From an uncultured virus (IMG/VR IMGVR_UViG_3300042291_002144) (Duplodnaviria; Heunggongvirae; Uroviricota; Caudoviricetes): DNA of 59,284 nt. Below the pieces are notes generated by a model. It searched no databases and was not told where the DNA came from. It was given only the letters and a program-made list of their open reading frames with translations. Made by a program: the position numbers and the translations under genes. This document shows positions 12,601-19,550 of the stretch, one piece after another. The stretch's first letter is position 1. The number at the start of each line of letters is the position of its first letter. Where the stretch lies: IMG/VR virus record IMGVR_UViG_3300042291_002144. One strand, given 5' to 3'.

Positions 12601-14005
12601 CACTTGTTCCGCTTGATCCGCTTGATCCTGATAAACCACTAGTACCTGAAGAACCAGAAGATCCTGATGATCCACTTAATCCGGAGCTACCACTTGTACC
12701 AGAAGATCCTGAGTTACCGCTTGAACCAGAAGTACCCGAAGAACCAGATGTCCCTGAGCTACCACTAGTACCCGACGAACCTGATGTGCCGCTTGAACCA
12801 GATGTCCCTGAGCTACCTGAAGATCCGTTTGTTCCAGAAGAACCAGATGTACCAGATGACCCGCTTGTTCCATTAGAGCCAGATGTTCCAGAACTTCCTG
12901 ATGTACCAGATGACCCATTAATACCACTTGTTCCAGAAGAACCGCTAGATCCACTAGTACCGGAACTTCCTGATGTTCCTGAAGAACCACTTGATCCTGA
13001 AACTCCAGATGTACCTGATGACCCACTTAATCCACTAGTACCGGACGTTCCTGAAGAACCACTTGACCCTGAAGTACCAGAACTACCACTAGATCCTGAA
13101 GAACCTGATGATCCATTAATACCACTTGTTCCAGATGTCCCTGAGCTACCACTTGAACCAGACGTACCATTAGATCCTGAAGTACCAGAACTACCACTAG
13201 ATCCCGAAGAACCGCTAGTTCCATTAGATCCAGATGTCCCTGAGCTACCGCTCGATCCGGAAGATCCACTAGTACCAGAAGAACCTGAATTACCACTTGT
13301 ACCAGAACTTCCGCTTGATCCATTGGATCCACTAGTACCAGAAGAGCCTGAAGAACCATTAATACCGCTAGTACCAGATGTGCCAGAAGATCCACTTGTT
13401 CCAGAAGATCCTGAATTACCGCTCGTACCTGAAGATCCTGAGCTACCTGAAGAACCAGATACTCCAGACGTTCCAGAAGATCCACTTATCCCTGAACTAC
13501 CGCTAGATCCTGAAGATCCAGAAATACCGGAGGTACCTGAAGATCCGCTTACTCCACTAGTACCGCTTGAACCATCTGTACCTGATATACCACTCGTACC
13601 TGAAGATCCGCTTACTCCACTAGTACCGCTTGAACCATCTGTACCTGATATACCACTCGTACCTGAAGAACCACTTGATCCTGAAATACCGGAGGTACCT
13701 GAAGATCCTGATCCAGGAATATTAATTGTTACTGCTGATCCTGTGGTTGATGCAGTAACACCAGCTCCAGTAAAATTAAGTAATGAAAGTGAAGAAGTTA
13801 AAGTAGATCCTTCGTCTTGTACAGTTATAGGAGTTCCACTCCCACCACCACCTCCTTCAATTACTGTAATTACACCAAAACGGTCCATTTTACATAACTT
13901 TCCGCCATTACTTGTATCGAAACCTATTAGATAAGCCCCTACTGGTATTTTAGCATAATCGACTAGTGTAAAATCTATAATTGGATAAACGTGGCTAACC
14001 CCCAT
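6698..14005 (-). CDS. Long tail fibre/virion fibre with Gly-X-Y Ser/Thr collagen-like blocks, GNVGIG repeats and C-terminal peptidase S74 intramolecular chaperone
   Basis: 2435 aa. Three GSSGTS-type triplet blocks, multiple GNVGIG.T.P repeats, and C-terminal GSDARVKTNI...GFIAQEV..FP.AV S74 motif. Confidence 0.88.
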   Translation of the reverse strand: MGVSHVYPIIDFTLVDYAKIPVGAYLIGFDTSNGGKLCKMDRFGVITVIEGGGGGSGTPITVQDEGSTLTSSLSLLNFTGAGVTASTTGSAVTINIPGSGSSGTSGISGSSGSSGTSGISGTDGSSGTSGVSGSSGTSGISGTDGSSGTSGVSGSSGTSGISGSSGSSGSSGISGSSGTSGVSGSSGSSGSSGTSGNSGSSGTSGSSGTSGTSGINGSSGSSGTSGSNGSSGSSGTSGNSGSSGTSGSSGSSGSSGTSGSNGTSGSSGSSGSSGTSGSNGTSGSSGSSGTSGTSGINGSSGSSGSSGSSGTSGSSGSSGTSGTSGLSGSSGTSGVSGSSGSSGTSGSSGTSGSSGSSGTSGINGSSGTSGSSGTSGSNGTSGSSGTSGSSGTNGSSGSSGTSGSSGTSGSSGTSGSSGTSGSSGTSGSSGNSGSSGTSGSSGLSGSSGSSGSSGTSGLSGSSGSSGTSGSSGTSGTSFASTGTQNYVVKWQTNSSLSSTSSIYIDPTSGNVGIGGQLANEGFVLDIKNLSNVASTLVRLKGTSLGSAYYGTKNASSTTLYAFGDSASIIGGASDVLTTLYTTVDMNFFIGSSEAMRINTSGNVGIGITTPSAKLHINNVGTGNSFLVEDDTNPDSSPFVIDANGNVGIGAVSISEKLNINGNINLISSNSTKINIESGAGVRTYLASDGQGSSFGSLSNHDVVFYRGNSEFARKTTTGFGIGTATPGANLDVNGTVRFNHNDTTNYTLFQNSNEINTYFSNGNLIGAPATIYIQWAAGGTSNIGHNNLIVNSNSTGSSISGLTITAAANAGLGIAAPTAKFHINNTTANASMIVEDDTNVDASPFIIDTNGNVGMGTLTPATVLHVKSNPSSTQTAIIRLESAATTANSSIAYWSAGVNRWEVGTGIALGLPYEIYDRVAGQTRMSITTSGATVFSNGDVGIGTLTPTASLVVNSVGDTSATSIVRFSSAGTQRFNFTSDGIQYWGLNADPTSANGYLSWDTNRAIIGAVGNTNDLSFVTGTSTRMFILASGNVGIGTLTPSTKLEVNGDVKISTIANATTNTDKFLVSDLGVVKYRTATQLLSDLGGAGSSGSSGSSGTSGTSGINGSSGTSGSSGTSGSSGTSGSSGTSGSSGISGSSGTSGINGSSGTSGSSGTSGVNGSSGTSGSSGTSGSSGVSGSSGTSGVNGSSGTSGSSGTSGSSGTSGSSGSSGISGINGSSGTSGSSGTSGSSGTSGSSGTSGSSGSSGTSGSSGSSGTSGSSGTSGTSGSSGTSGSSGTSGSSGTRGSSGTSGSSGISGSSGTSGSAGTSGTSGSNGTSGINGSSGTSGTSGVSGTSGSSGTSGINGSSGTSGSSGSSGTSGTNGSSGTSGSSGVSGSSGSSGTSGSSGSRGTSGSSGTSGSSGNSGSSGSSGSSGSSGTSGSSGSSGTSGTSGSSGTSGINGSSGTSGSSGVSGSSGTSGTSGSSGSSGSSGTSGSSGSSGTNGSSGTSGSSGTSGTRGSSGTSGVNGSSGTSGSSGISGSSGTSGSSGTSGINGSSGTSGSSGISGSSGTSGTSGINGSSGTSGSSGTSGTRGSSGTSGTNGSSGTSGSSGISGSSGTSGSSGSSGSSGSSGSSGTSGSSGTSGTSGVNGSSGTSGSSGTRGTSGSSGTSGSSGSSGTSGISGSSGSSGTSGSSGSSGTSGSSGTSGSSGSSGSSGTSGSSGSSGTSGSSGVSGSSGTSGSSGTSGTSGSSGISGSSGTSGSSGTSGSSGTRGTSGSSGTNGSSGTSGVSGSSGTSGTSGINGSSGTSGSSGISGSSGTSGSSGVSGSSGTSGTRGSSGTSGSSGTSGSSGTSGINGSSGTSGSSGTSGSSGVSGSSGTSGSSGVSGSSGTSGTRGSSGTSGSSGTSGSSGTSGSSGVSGSSGTSGSSGSSGYKAAMALSYTALSLSLTTGSKTLTIGTPINNLGWQQGTRVRIWNSSTTYMEGQITTVITDPQSANINVNVDYVVGSGTFNTWYIAITGDNNINGSSGTSGSSGTSGSSGTSGTRGTSGSSGTSGSSGTSGSSGAGVTINNNVDTYVITATGTANTINGEANFTYDGTGVRIIGTPSNTIQGGPFLYLQGAAPSSYSTLQQGVGKFAIWGYTGTTWFENLVIDNVNRDIGIGINAPTAKVHIVDGTQTIRLATGTNTSAYTLDLGVNDDGINFDASSTVRGFNFKGIIGASASQNLFTIAPTSGNIVARGTIQASTADTSLTNLIGGIGIGIDNEIWANKVNGTDQLYINYRGYNGLYTQFRNTGIYNGKAGTAIAYFDGTNSRLGLGLLGPTVQLDLSTDGARKLTTTTWTTGSDARVKTNIQDANLKTCFDIVSGLSLKRFTWDETFYPEVDDRNAIGFIAQEVKELFPKAVSFSEEHGFEDFHTLNVDQVYKTMFGALKYLIDKIKTAESLDDLKNSL
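7860..7985 (-). repeat. Gly-X-Y triplet repeat block 3 of fibre
   Basis: GSSGTSGSSGTS...GSSGAG encoded by 9/18-bp degenerate repeats. Boundaries approximate. Confidence 0.85.
8260..10745 (-). repeat. Gly-X-Y triplet repeat block 2 of fibre (~820 aa)
   Basis: GSS/GTS/GIN/GVS/GIS/GTR triplets with degenerate 9/18-bp nucleotide periodicity. Boundaries approximate. Confidence 0.9.
12576..13712 (-). repeat. Gly-X-Y triplet repeat block 1 of fibre (~375 aa)
   Basis: GSS/GTS/GSN/GIN/GLS triplets; includes an exact 63-bp tandem duplication at 13533-13669. Boundaries approximate. Confidence 0.9.
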
Positions 14006-14017
14006 TTAATAAAAAGT

Positions 14018-14033
14018 CTTTATTATATTTATC
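14018..14033 (-). promoter_or_regulatory. Putative late promoter variant GATAAATATAATAAAG
   Basis: GATAAATA core just upstream of the fibre ATG, divergent from the early-type promoter at 14043. Confidence 0.55.
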
Positions 14034-14042
14034 ATACTCTTG

Positions 14043-14069
14043 AAACTTTTTCAAAGCATCATGTATAAT
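14043..14069 (+). promoter_or_regulatory. Putative early/middle promoter AAAC-N17-TATAAT
   Basis: gAAAC tttttcaaagcatcatg TATAAT upstream of the 14086 ORF. Confidence 0.65.
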
Positions 14070-14085
14070 AGTAAAAAGTAAAAAT

Positions 14086-14955
14086 ATGGTAATCTATCAA
14101 TCCAAAACCTTTGCTGATGTTTATGAAGAGCTTCTGAATGATTTAATTAATGAGCCTGAGTATATAACTCAACCTAGGGATATGAAAATTAATGAGATTT
14201 GTGATGTATCTCTAGTAATAGAGGAACCTCTTTCATGTCTATACTTAAACCCATTTAGATCTTCTCAATTCAAGTATATTGCTGCTGAGTTTTTATGGTA
14301 TTTTATGGGCAGAAACGATGTTGAATATATTTCAAAGTTTGCAAAGTTTTGGGAATCAATTGAAAATGGTGACGGTACTGTAAATTCTTCATATGGGCAT
14401 CTCTTATTTAATAATAAGAATGAGCATGGTTTCACACAATACCTTTGGGCATTAGAATCATTAACTCAAGATAAGGATTCACGACAAGCTGTCATACACT
14501 TTAATTTACCTACTCATCAGCGATCTGGAAATAAAGATTTTGTTTGTACTATGTATGGTATTTTTCAAATTAGAGATAACAAACTTAATTTTACAGTAAG
14601 CATGAGAAGCAATGACGTCATATTAGGATTACCTACTGATGTTGCTTTCTTTGTTACTTTACAATCTCAAATGCTTGCTCATCTTCGTATTCATTCAGGA
14701 TATCCAAATCTAGAACTAGGTACTTATACTCATATTGCTAATTCTTCACATATTTATGAAAGACATTTTCAATTAGCAAGTAACATGATTACTAGGAAAT
14801 TTGAACCAATTGCTATTCCAGCGGTTGATCTTGATTTAATAAATATTGATGGAACACCTACTGAAAATTTTAAAGCTTTATTTGATAATCAAGAAGAACA
14901 AATTGAATTAACTGATGAATTATATAATTGGATAATTAATAACATTAACTTATGA
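14086..14955 (+). CDS. Thymidylate-synthase-fold enzyme, T4 gp42-like dCMP hydroxymethylase/methylase candidate
   Basis: NSSYG, DSRQA, catalytic DFVCT, MRSNDVILGLPTD, SSHIYERH. Asp sits at the position that is Asn in dUMP-specific ThyA. Confidence 0.85.
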   Translation: MVIYQSKTFADVYEELLNDLINEPEYITQPRDMKINEICDVSLVIEEPLSCLYLNPFRSSQFKYIAAEFLWYFMGRNDVEYISKFAKFWESIENGDGTVNSSYGHLLFNNKNEHGFTQYLWALESLTQDKDSRQAVIHFNLPTHQRSGNKDFVCTMYGIFQIRDNKLNFTVSMRSNDVILGLPTDVAFFVTLQSQMLAHLRIHSGYPNLELGTYTHIANSSHIYERHFQLASNMITRKFEPIAIPAVDLDLINIDGTPTENFKALFDNQEEQIELTDELYNWIINNINL

Positions 14956-15167
14956 AAAAATCTATAATAACTTTAATAAAATCTATAATAATTTTACTAA
15001 TACTTGCAGCCGTTTGTAATTATCTATATTTATGGAATCATCTAGATCATATATTTGGATCTAAGATAAGATTTGAACAATGGATGGCAATAATTGTTAT
15101 CATTCGAACAATTAATCCAACTACCGAATTATTTTCAATTAATCAAAAAGATAAAGATGACAAATAA
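14952..15167 (+). CDS. Small membrane protein
   Basis: 71 aa, two hydrophobic segments; overlaps both neighbours in the operon. Confidence 0.65.
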   Translation: MKKSIITLIKSIIILLILAAVCNYLYLWNHLDHIFGSKIRFEQWMAIIVIIRTINPTTELFSINQKDKDDK

Positions 15168-15579
15168 AGATCTTAGATATCATTTAACTTATTTAAAGAT
15201 GGCAACCGAATGGTCTAACCTTTCATGTTGTCATCGTAAAAAAGTTGGTGCATTAATTGTTAAAGACAGTACAATTATTTCAGATGGATTTAATGGGACG
15301 CCTAAAGGATTTCCAAATGATTGTGAAGATGCAAATGGAGATACTTATTGGTATGTTTTACATGCTGAAGCCAATGCAATGTTAAAAGTAGCTAAATCTA
15401 CTCAAAGTACAGATGGTGCAACTTTATATGTGACTTATTCTCCATGTAAAGACTGCTCAAAAATGATTATTCAAGCTGGAATAAAATTAGTAGTATATAA
15501 AGAAGCGTATCGAGATCTTTCTGGAATTAAAATATTAAAGGAATCTGGTGTCGATGTTATAAAATTAGATATAATATGA
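15157..15579 (+). CDS. dCMP deaminase
   Basis: HAEANA and SPCKDC zinc motifs, KVGALIV, GFNGTP. ATG at 15157 preferred over the track's TTG at 15094. Confidence 0.93.
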   Translation: MTNKDLRYHLTYLKMATEWSNLSCCHRKKVGALIVKDSTIISDGFNGTPKGFPNDCEDANGDTYWYVLHAEANAMLKVAKSTQSTDGATLYVTYSPCKDCSKMIIQAGIKLVVYKEAYRDLSGIKILKESGVDVIKLDII

Positions 15580-15998
15580 ACAATCGATCAATTAATATAG
15601 TATTTGTAAAAGATTATAAAAGTTTTATCTCAATTTTTGATAAAAAAGACAAAGGCGACTACATTCTAAATGTTAGTAAACTAATTAAAGATAAATTCAA
15701 TACTAAATTTATTGTTCCTAATAGAGTTCAGTCTTTTTTACTTAATTATGAAATAAAAAAGCTTTTAGATAAAGCAATAACTGTAAAAAATGAAAAGTAT
15801 ACTAGAATAATTTATTTAAATTCTAATCTTTCAACAATGTCAATTTTAAATACTATTGATTTTATAGAATCCGAATACTTGGAATTTTCTTTTAAATATT
15901 CACTAGTTAATTGTGAAATGGATGTAAATCTAGATTCAGCCTCTCGACTTCCTCAAGATCTTCAAATATTTGATACAAAAAAAGAGTCTCAGTATTGA
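15576..15998 (+). CDS. Hypothetical protein
   Basis: 140-aa ORF overlapping the deaminase stop; ends inside the terminator hairpin. Confidence 0.75.
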   Translation: MNNRSINIVFVKDYKSFISIFDKKDKGDYILNVSKLIKDKFNTKFIVPNRVQSFLLNYEIKKLLDKAITVKNEKYTRIIYLNSNLSTMSILNTIDFIESEYLEFSFKYSLVNCEMDVNLDSASRLPQDLQIFDTKKESQY

Positions 15999-16009
15999 GA
16001 CTCTTTTTT
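15977..16009. terminator. Bidirectional intrinsic terminator
   Basis: AAAAAAAGAGTCTC-agtatt-GAGACTCTTTTTT inverted repeat between convergent genes. Confidence 0.85.
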
Positions 16010-16028
16010 ATTTAATATAAATATTAAT

Positions 16029-16634
16029 TTAATACTCTTCTTCACTAGAATTTTCTAGATCTATTATCCATTGTGGTTTTTTACCAAATGGAGTATCTTC
16101 AGCTTCTTCATAATCTCCATAGTCTTCATCATCCATTGGATTTGCTCCAAAATCAATATCTTCTTCTTGTCCATCACCTCCTTCAAATCCTCTAAGGCTA
16201 GCTTCAATTTGACTTAAACTTAAATTTGATTGAGTTGCAGATGATCTAAACTCTTCATCATCTTCAGTCTCATCAGCTTCATTAATAAATCTATTAAATG
16301 AAGTGTATGTTTTTCCTTCTTTTAATGGTTCAATCTCAACTACTGGAATACCGGTACGAGTATCATCATATGTAAAAGGCTTCCTTTTCTCTTGTTTATA
16401 TACAAGATCATGAGTCATTGCTTTATATGTAGGATCATATACTGGATGAGAAAATGCAGGATCTCTCTCAACAGTTCTACGATAGCCATCTAATTTTGGA
16501 GTTTTGTCTACTAAGCTTCCTTTATTGTCTCTTAGAGCAATTGCAGATTTAGGTCCACCGAATCCCGGTTTCTTAAGATCCATATAATTATCGAAGTTTA
16601 AAATATCTCGACGATGTGCATCAAACATTTCCAT
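16029..16634 (-). CDS. Hypothetical late/virion protein with acidic C-terminus
   Basis: 201 aa downstream of the tail tube gene; internal KTYTSFNRFINEA motif. Confidence 0.75.
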   Translation of the reverse strand: MEMFDAHRRDILNFDNYMDLKKPGFGGPKSAIALRDNKGSLVDKTPKLDGYRRTVERDPAFSHPVYDPTYKAMTHDLVYKQEKRKPFTYDDTRTGIPVVEIEPLKEGKTYTSFNRFINEADETEDDEEFRSSATQSNLSLSQIEASLRGFEGGDGQEEDIDFGANPMDDEDYGDYEEAEDTPFGKKPQWIIDLENSSEEEY

Positions 16635-16650
16635 TCTTATTTTATATTTT

Positions 16651-17226
16651 TTAAACTTTAATTTCTTTTACGCGTTTTTCAATCCAGTAATCTGCACGGT
16701 ATGACATAGTTACTTCATATATCTCATTAGATATATAATCAAGTTCTATTGCTTTAATTGCAGAATTAGGAATAACTGATGGAAATTTCCATTCTCTAAA
16801 GATTGTACCTGCTTTATCTGTTACGTGAATAGATATTTGGCCTACGTAGTCTTTTTTCAAACCTTGACTACCATCTTGTGGATTATATACAATATCATTC
16901 CATGCTCTAAGTATGTTATATACGTATGCATCATTTTCTTCATTTAAATTGACTGTAAATGTAAATGCAAGATCTGCGGTAGTCTTATCAGGTCTTGCTC
17001 CAGCATAGGATCTAGTAGCAAATTTATAAGTTTGCTCAACTAGTGTTCCATTTCCATTATTTTCTGGAAGACCTGTTACTTTTTTTACGTGCTCTACCAG
17101 TAAACCTACGTTAGGTCCTGCAATTACAGCTGGTGGTGTTATCGTTACTTCGAACTGATTTTGGAAAATCGGCTCATAATATTTACTAGCTGCTGCTGAG
17201 TTAGTCCAATATGGTAAACCTGCCAT
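16651..17226 (-). CDS. gp19: Tail tube protein (T4 gp19-like)
   Basis: YEPIFQNQFEV, LAFTFTVN, LRAWNDIVYNPQDG.QGLKKDY, REWKF..V.P and terminal YRADYW, typical of the gp19 family. Confidence 0.8.
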   Translation of the reverse strand: MAGLPYWTNSAAASKYYEPIFQNQFEVTITPPAVIAGPNVGLLVEHVKKVTGLPENNGNGTLVEQTYKFATRSYAGARPDKTTADLAFTFTVNLNEENDAYVYNILRAWNDIVYNPQDGSQGLKKDYVGQISIHVTDKAGTIFREWKFPSVIPNSAIKAIELDYISNEIYEVTMSYRADYWIEKRVKEIKV

Positions 17227-17236
17227 GTTATATTGA

Positions 17237-18391
17237 TTATTTTATTTTATTTATTTGTTGATTTTCTTCAAAATCAATATTCTTAGTTGGCTCTTTTTTA
17301 TTTTCTTCAGTATCTTCTCCTTCTTCAGGTTCTTCAACCTCTTTTGGAGTCTCATCAATATTAAATAAATTATCAAAGTCAATATTTGATCTTACCGAAA
17401 TTTGAGAAGATCTACTAGAATAATTGTCTATTTTTACTCGATCTCCTTTAAATTCTAAAATTACAGATGGTAAAATTGTTCTAAAAATAAGTTCATTTGA
17501 ATTATCAATAGCATCATATACAAGTATTTCAGAAATCTTAGGAGTAGACGAATTATCTATTACAACTGTATTTAATCTTGAAGTAACTACTACTTTAAAA
17601 TTATCCCAACTATTAATTGCCTTTCCATCTAATGTATCTACCATTCCAGTCGAGAGTTTAAGAGTTACTCCTGGTGAACCAGTATCTAGTCCACTAGTTG
17701 ATACTTCTCTTAGGACTATGTTATTTGCTACAAATGTAACATCAAATGAAGTACCTTTAAAATACTTATCATTAATTGCCTCAATTTGATTAGAGGTTAA
17801 TTTAGTTGTATATAACACTTCATTAATTACACTTTCTGATGTTGATCCAGGTAATAGTTTTTGTCCAGCATTTAACATTGACTGACCTTGATTTAACCTA
17901 GGCTTTCCTTGATTTAACATTGACTGGCCTTGATTTAACATTGACTGGCCTTGATTTAACATTGTTTGTCCAGGACCTAGCTGTTTTTGTTTTTCTGGTT
18001 CAGGTAAAGCAAGAGTTTCCTTATCCATTTCTCCATCAACCGGTTTAGGTACTTCTTGTGAATCATCAGTAGACAACGTTTCTCCATCCATTTCTCTAGC
18101 ATAGTTTGGATTAATTATTCTCTTAATTGCTTCGCTCGCTAATTCAAATTTTCTTTTAAGTAGATTTACTTCACTTAACAAAACATAAGTGAGGGTTGCG
18201 TAACCCTCATTAAATCTCATGTCAGGAAATGCATCAACTTGTTTTAGCCAGCCCTGAATATTTTTTTGGTCTAGTGAAACATGTCCATCAACTATTGACC
18301 AATTTAGATCATAGTTTAAAATAGCTTGAAAGATGAATCCTCCATCCTTTATACTAGTTTCATCAGAATATGCTTCAAATATTCTTTCCAT
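17237..18391 (-). CDS. Hypothetical late protein with internal LNQGQSM heptad repeat
   Basis: 384-aa ORF; about 5 copies of (M/R)LN(Q/A)G(Q/K). Confidence 0.75.
   Translation of the reverse strand: MERIFEAYSDETSIKDGGFIFQAILNYDLNWSIVDGHVSLDQKNIQGWLKQVDAFPDMRFNEGYATLTYVLLSEVNLLKRKFELASEAIKRIINPNYAREMDGETLSTDDSQEVPKPVDGEMDKETLALPEPEKQKQLGPGQTMLNQGQSMLNQGQSMLNQGKPRLNQGQSMLNAGQKLLPGSTSESVINEVLYTTKLTSNQIEAINDKYFKGTSFDVTFVANNIVLREVSTSGLDTGSPGVTLKLSTGMVDTLDGKAINSWDNFKVVVTSRLNTVVIDNSSTPKISEILVYDAIDNSNELIFRTILPSVILEFKGDRVKIDNYSSRSSQISVRSNIDFDNLFNIDETPKEVEEPEEGEDTEENKKEPTKNIDFEENQQINKIK
17862..17970 (-). repeat. 21-bp tandem repeat (LNQGQSM)
   Basis: ccttgatttaacattgactgg-like unit repeated about 5 times, some copies exact. 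Confidence 0.85.
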
Positions 18392-18648
18392 TACTTTTCT
18401 TTACTATCTCTAGTACGTTTATAATTCTTCCAAAGTTCGTTGTAAATATTACAAGATGCTCCTAAGAAGTTAATAATACCTACGTATTTTTTCTTGTCTT
18501 CGCCTTCCATATTTGCGACCTTGCTGCCAATCTTTTTAGCATCATTCAACGTAAGCTCTTCGTCTTCGTCTTTTCCAACTAGCTTCTTAAGATCACCCTT
18601 CTTTTCAAGAAGAGCATACTTATTAAAGCTTGTAATCGCTCTTTTCAT
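18391..18648 (-). CDS. Hypothetical protein, CTS-like N-terminus
   Basis: MKRAITSFNKYALLE start; 85 aa. Confidence 0.75.
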   Translation of the reverse strand: MKRAITSFNKYALLEKKGDLKKLVGKDEDEELTLNDAKKIGSKVANMEGEDKKKYVGIINFLGASCNIYNELWKNYKRTRDSKEK

Positions 18649-18656
18649 GTGGCTAA

Positions 18657-18887
18657 TTATTTTTTACCAACAACGTTCTTGCTCTTAACACTTGACATAT
18701 ATTGTTTAGTGTACTTATCAAGTTGAGGTGTTCCTTTTCCTTTAACTGGACCTGATATTAATCCTTGATTAACTTTCGCTGATCCTGATTTATCATTTGC
18801 CGCAACATTAGCTTTTCCGCTATATCCTGCTTCTGCTTTTTTGAAAGCTGCCATGAATTGACTGTAGTTCATAACTGGATTTCCCAT
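18657..18887 (-). CDS. Small basic hypothetical protein
   Basis: 76 aa, Lys/Gly-rich, MGNPVMNYSQF start; late motif at 18901-18915. Confidence 0.75.
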   Translation of the reverse strand: MGNPVMNYSQFMAAFKKAEAGYSGKANVAANDKSGSAKVNQGLISGPVKGKGTPQLDKYTKQYMSSVKSKNVVGKK

Positions 18888-18900
18888 TATTATCTAATTT

Positions 18901-18915
18901 TTTTTATTATTTATC
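18901..18915 (-). promoter_or_regulatory. Putative late promoter GATAAATAATAAAAA
   Basis: Exact motif copy upstream of the 18887 ORF. Confidence 0.65.
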
Positions 18916-18957
18916 TTTAAAATCTTTAGTTTTTATTATTTGTCTTAACTCAAAACC

Positions 18958-18982
18958 AAAAAATAGGGACCATTGCCCCTAT
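18958..18982 (-). terminator. Intrinsic terminator
   Basis: Minus strand AATAGGG-caatggt-CCCTATT followed by a T-tract, downstream of the 19009-19473 ORF. Confidence 0.7.
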
Positions 18983-19008
18983 TAATTAAAAAGTATTCTT
19001 AAGATTTA

Positions 19009-19473
19009 TTAAAACTTAAATTCAGGATCTTTGGTATCTCCTCCAGCGTATCCTCCACCTGCACCGCTTGGTGCCTTCCAGCTAGATTTTTTGAAAAACT
19101 CAGGATCTTTAACATCACCACCAGCATAGGTATCATCATTTGGGATTAAATTCTTAACTTTTTCCCAAGTTGTTTCATCATCAAACGCATCTAATAGTTT
19201 TGCAACATTTGGAAATTTATTATCTCCTCCTAAATCAAAATGTTGTTTTCCAAATTTAGCTTTTATTTTACTTCCAAGAGCATATCGTTCTGCTCCAGAG
19301 TCAGCCAATATATCTAATACATTAGTTAATCCTCCATATTGTTTAACTAATGCCCACATACCTGCAGCATCACCATCTCTTAATGCAGATATTTCGTTAT
19401 TTAATTTAACTGGATTTTGACTAGCTTGTTCATTAAGTCTTTTCCAATTACTAAAATCAAGTATTACACCCAT
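19009..19473 (-). CDS. Hypothetical protein, CTS-like N-terminus
   Basis: MGVILDFSNWKRLNE start; duplicated YAGGD(V/T)KDPEF at the C-terminus. Confidence 0.75.
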   Translation of the reverse strand: MGVILDFSNWKRLNEQASQNPVKLNNEISALRDGDAAGMWALVKQYGGLTNVLDILADSGAERYALGSKIKAKFGKQHFDLGGDNKFPNVAKLLDAFDDETTWEKVKNLIPNDDTYAGGDVKDPEFFKKSSWKAPSGAGGGYAGGDTKDPEFKF

Positions 19474-19484
19474 TTCAAATTAAT

Positions 19485-19499
19485 TTTTTATTATTTATC
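19485..19499 (-). promoter_or_regulatory. Putative late promoter GATAAATAATAAAAA
   Basis: Exact motif copy upstream of the 19473 ATG. Confidence 0.65.
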
Positions 19500-19550
19500 T
19501 TTCAAATTAATAATTTTTTAAGTATAATAACCTTATACAATAATTAAAAA

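Noticed and set aside
8581..13485. Minus-strand alternate-frame ORFs rich in VLQ/DHQ/DLL
   Set aside because: Frameshifted readings of the same 9-bp periodic repeats.
7860..13712. Repeat arrays as possible CRISPR or non-coding repeat array
   Set aside because: No constant repeat with unique spacers; the periodicity is explained by in-frame Gly-X-Y coding with synonymous variation.
9240..13934. Long plus-strand Pro-rich ORFs (9240-11018, 12786-13934; PLVPEDP repeats)
   Set aside because: Antisense shadows of the Gly/Ser/Thr codons of the fibre gene (GGN reads as NCC); no independent promoter or start context.
15094..15156. TTG-start N-terminal extension of dCMP deaminase in the ORF track
   Set aside because: Overlaps the upstream ORF extensively; the ATG at 15157 gives a normal-length deaminase.
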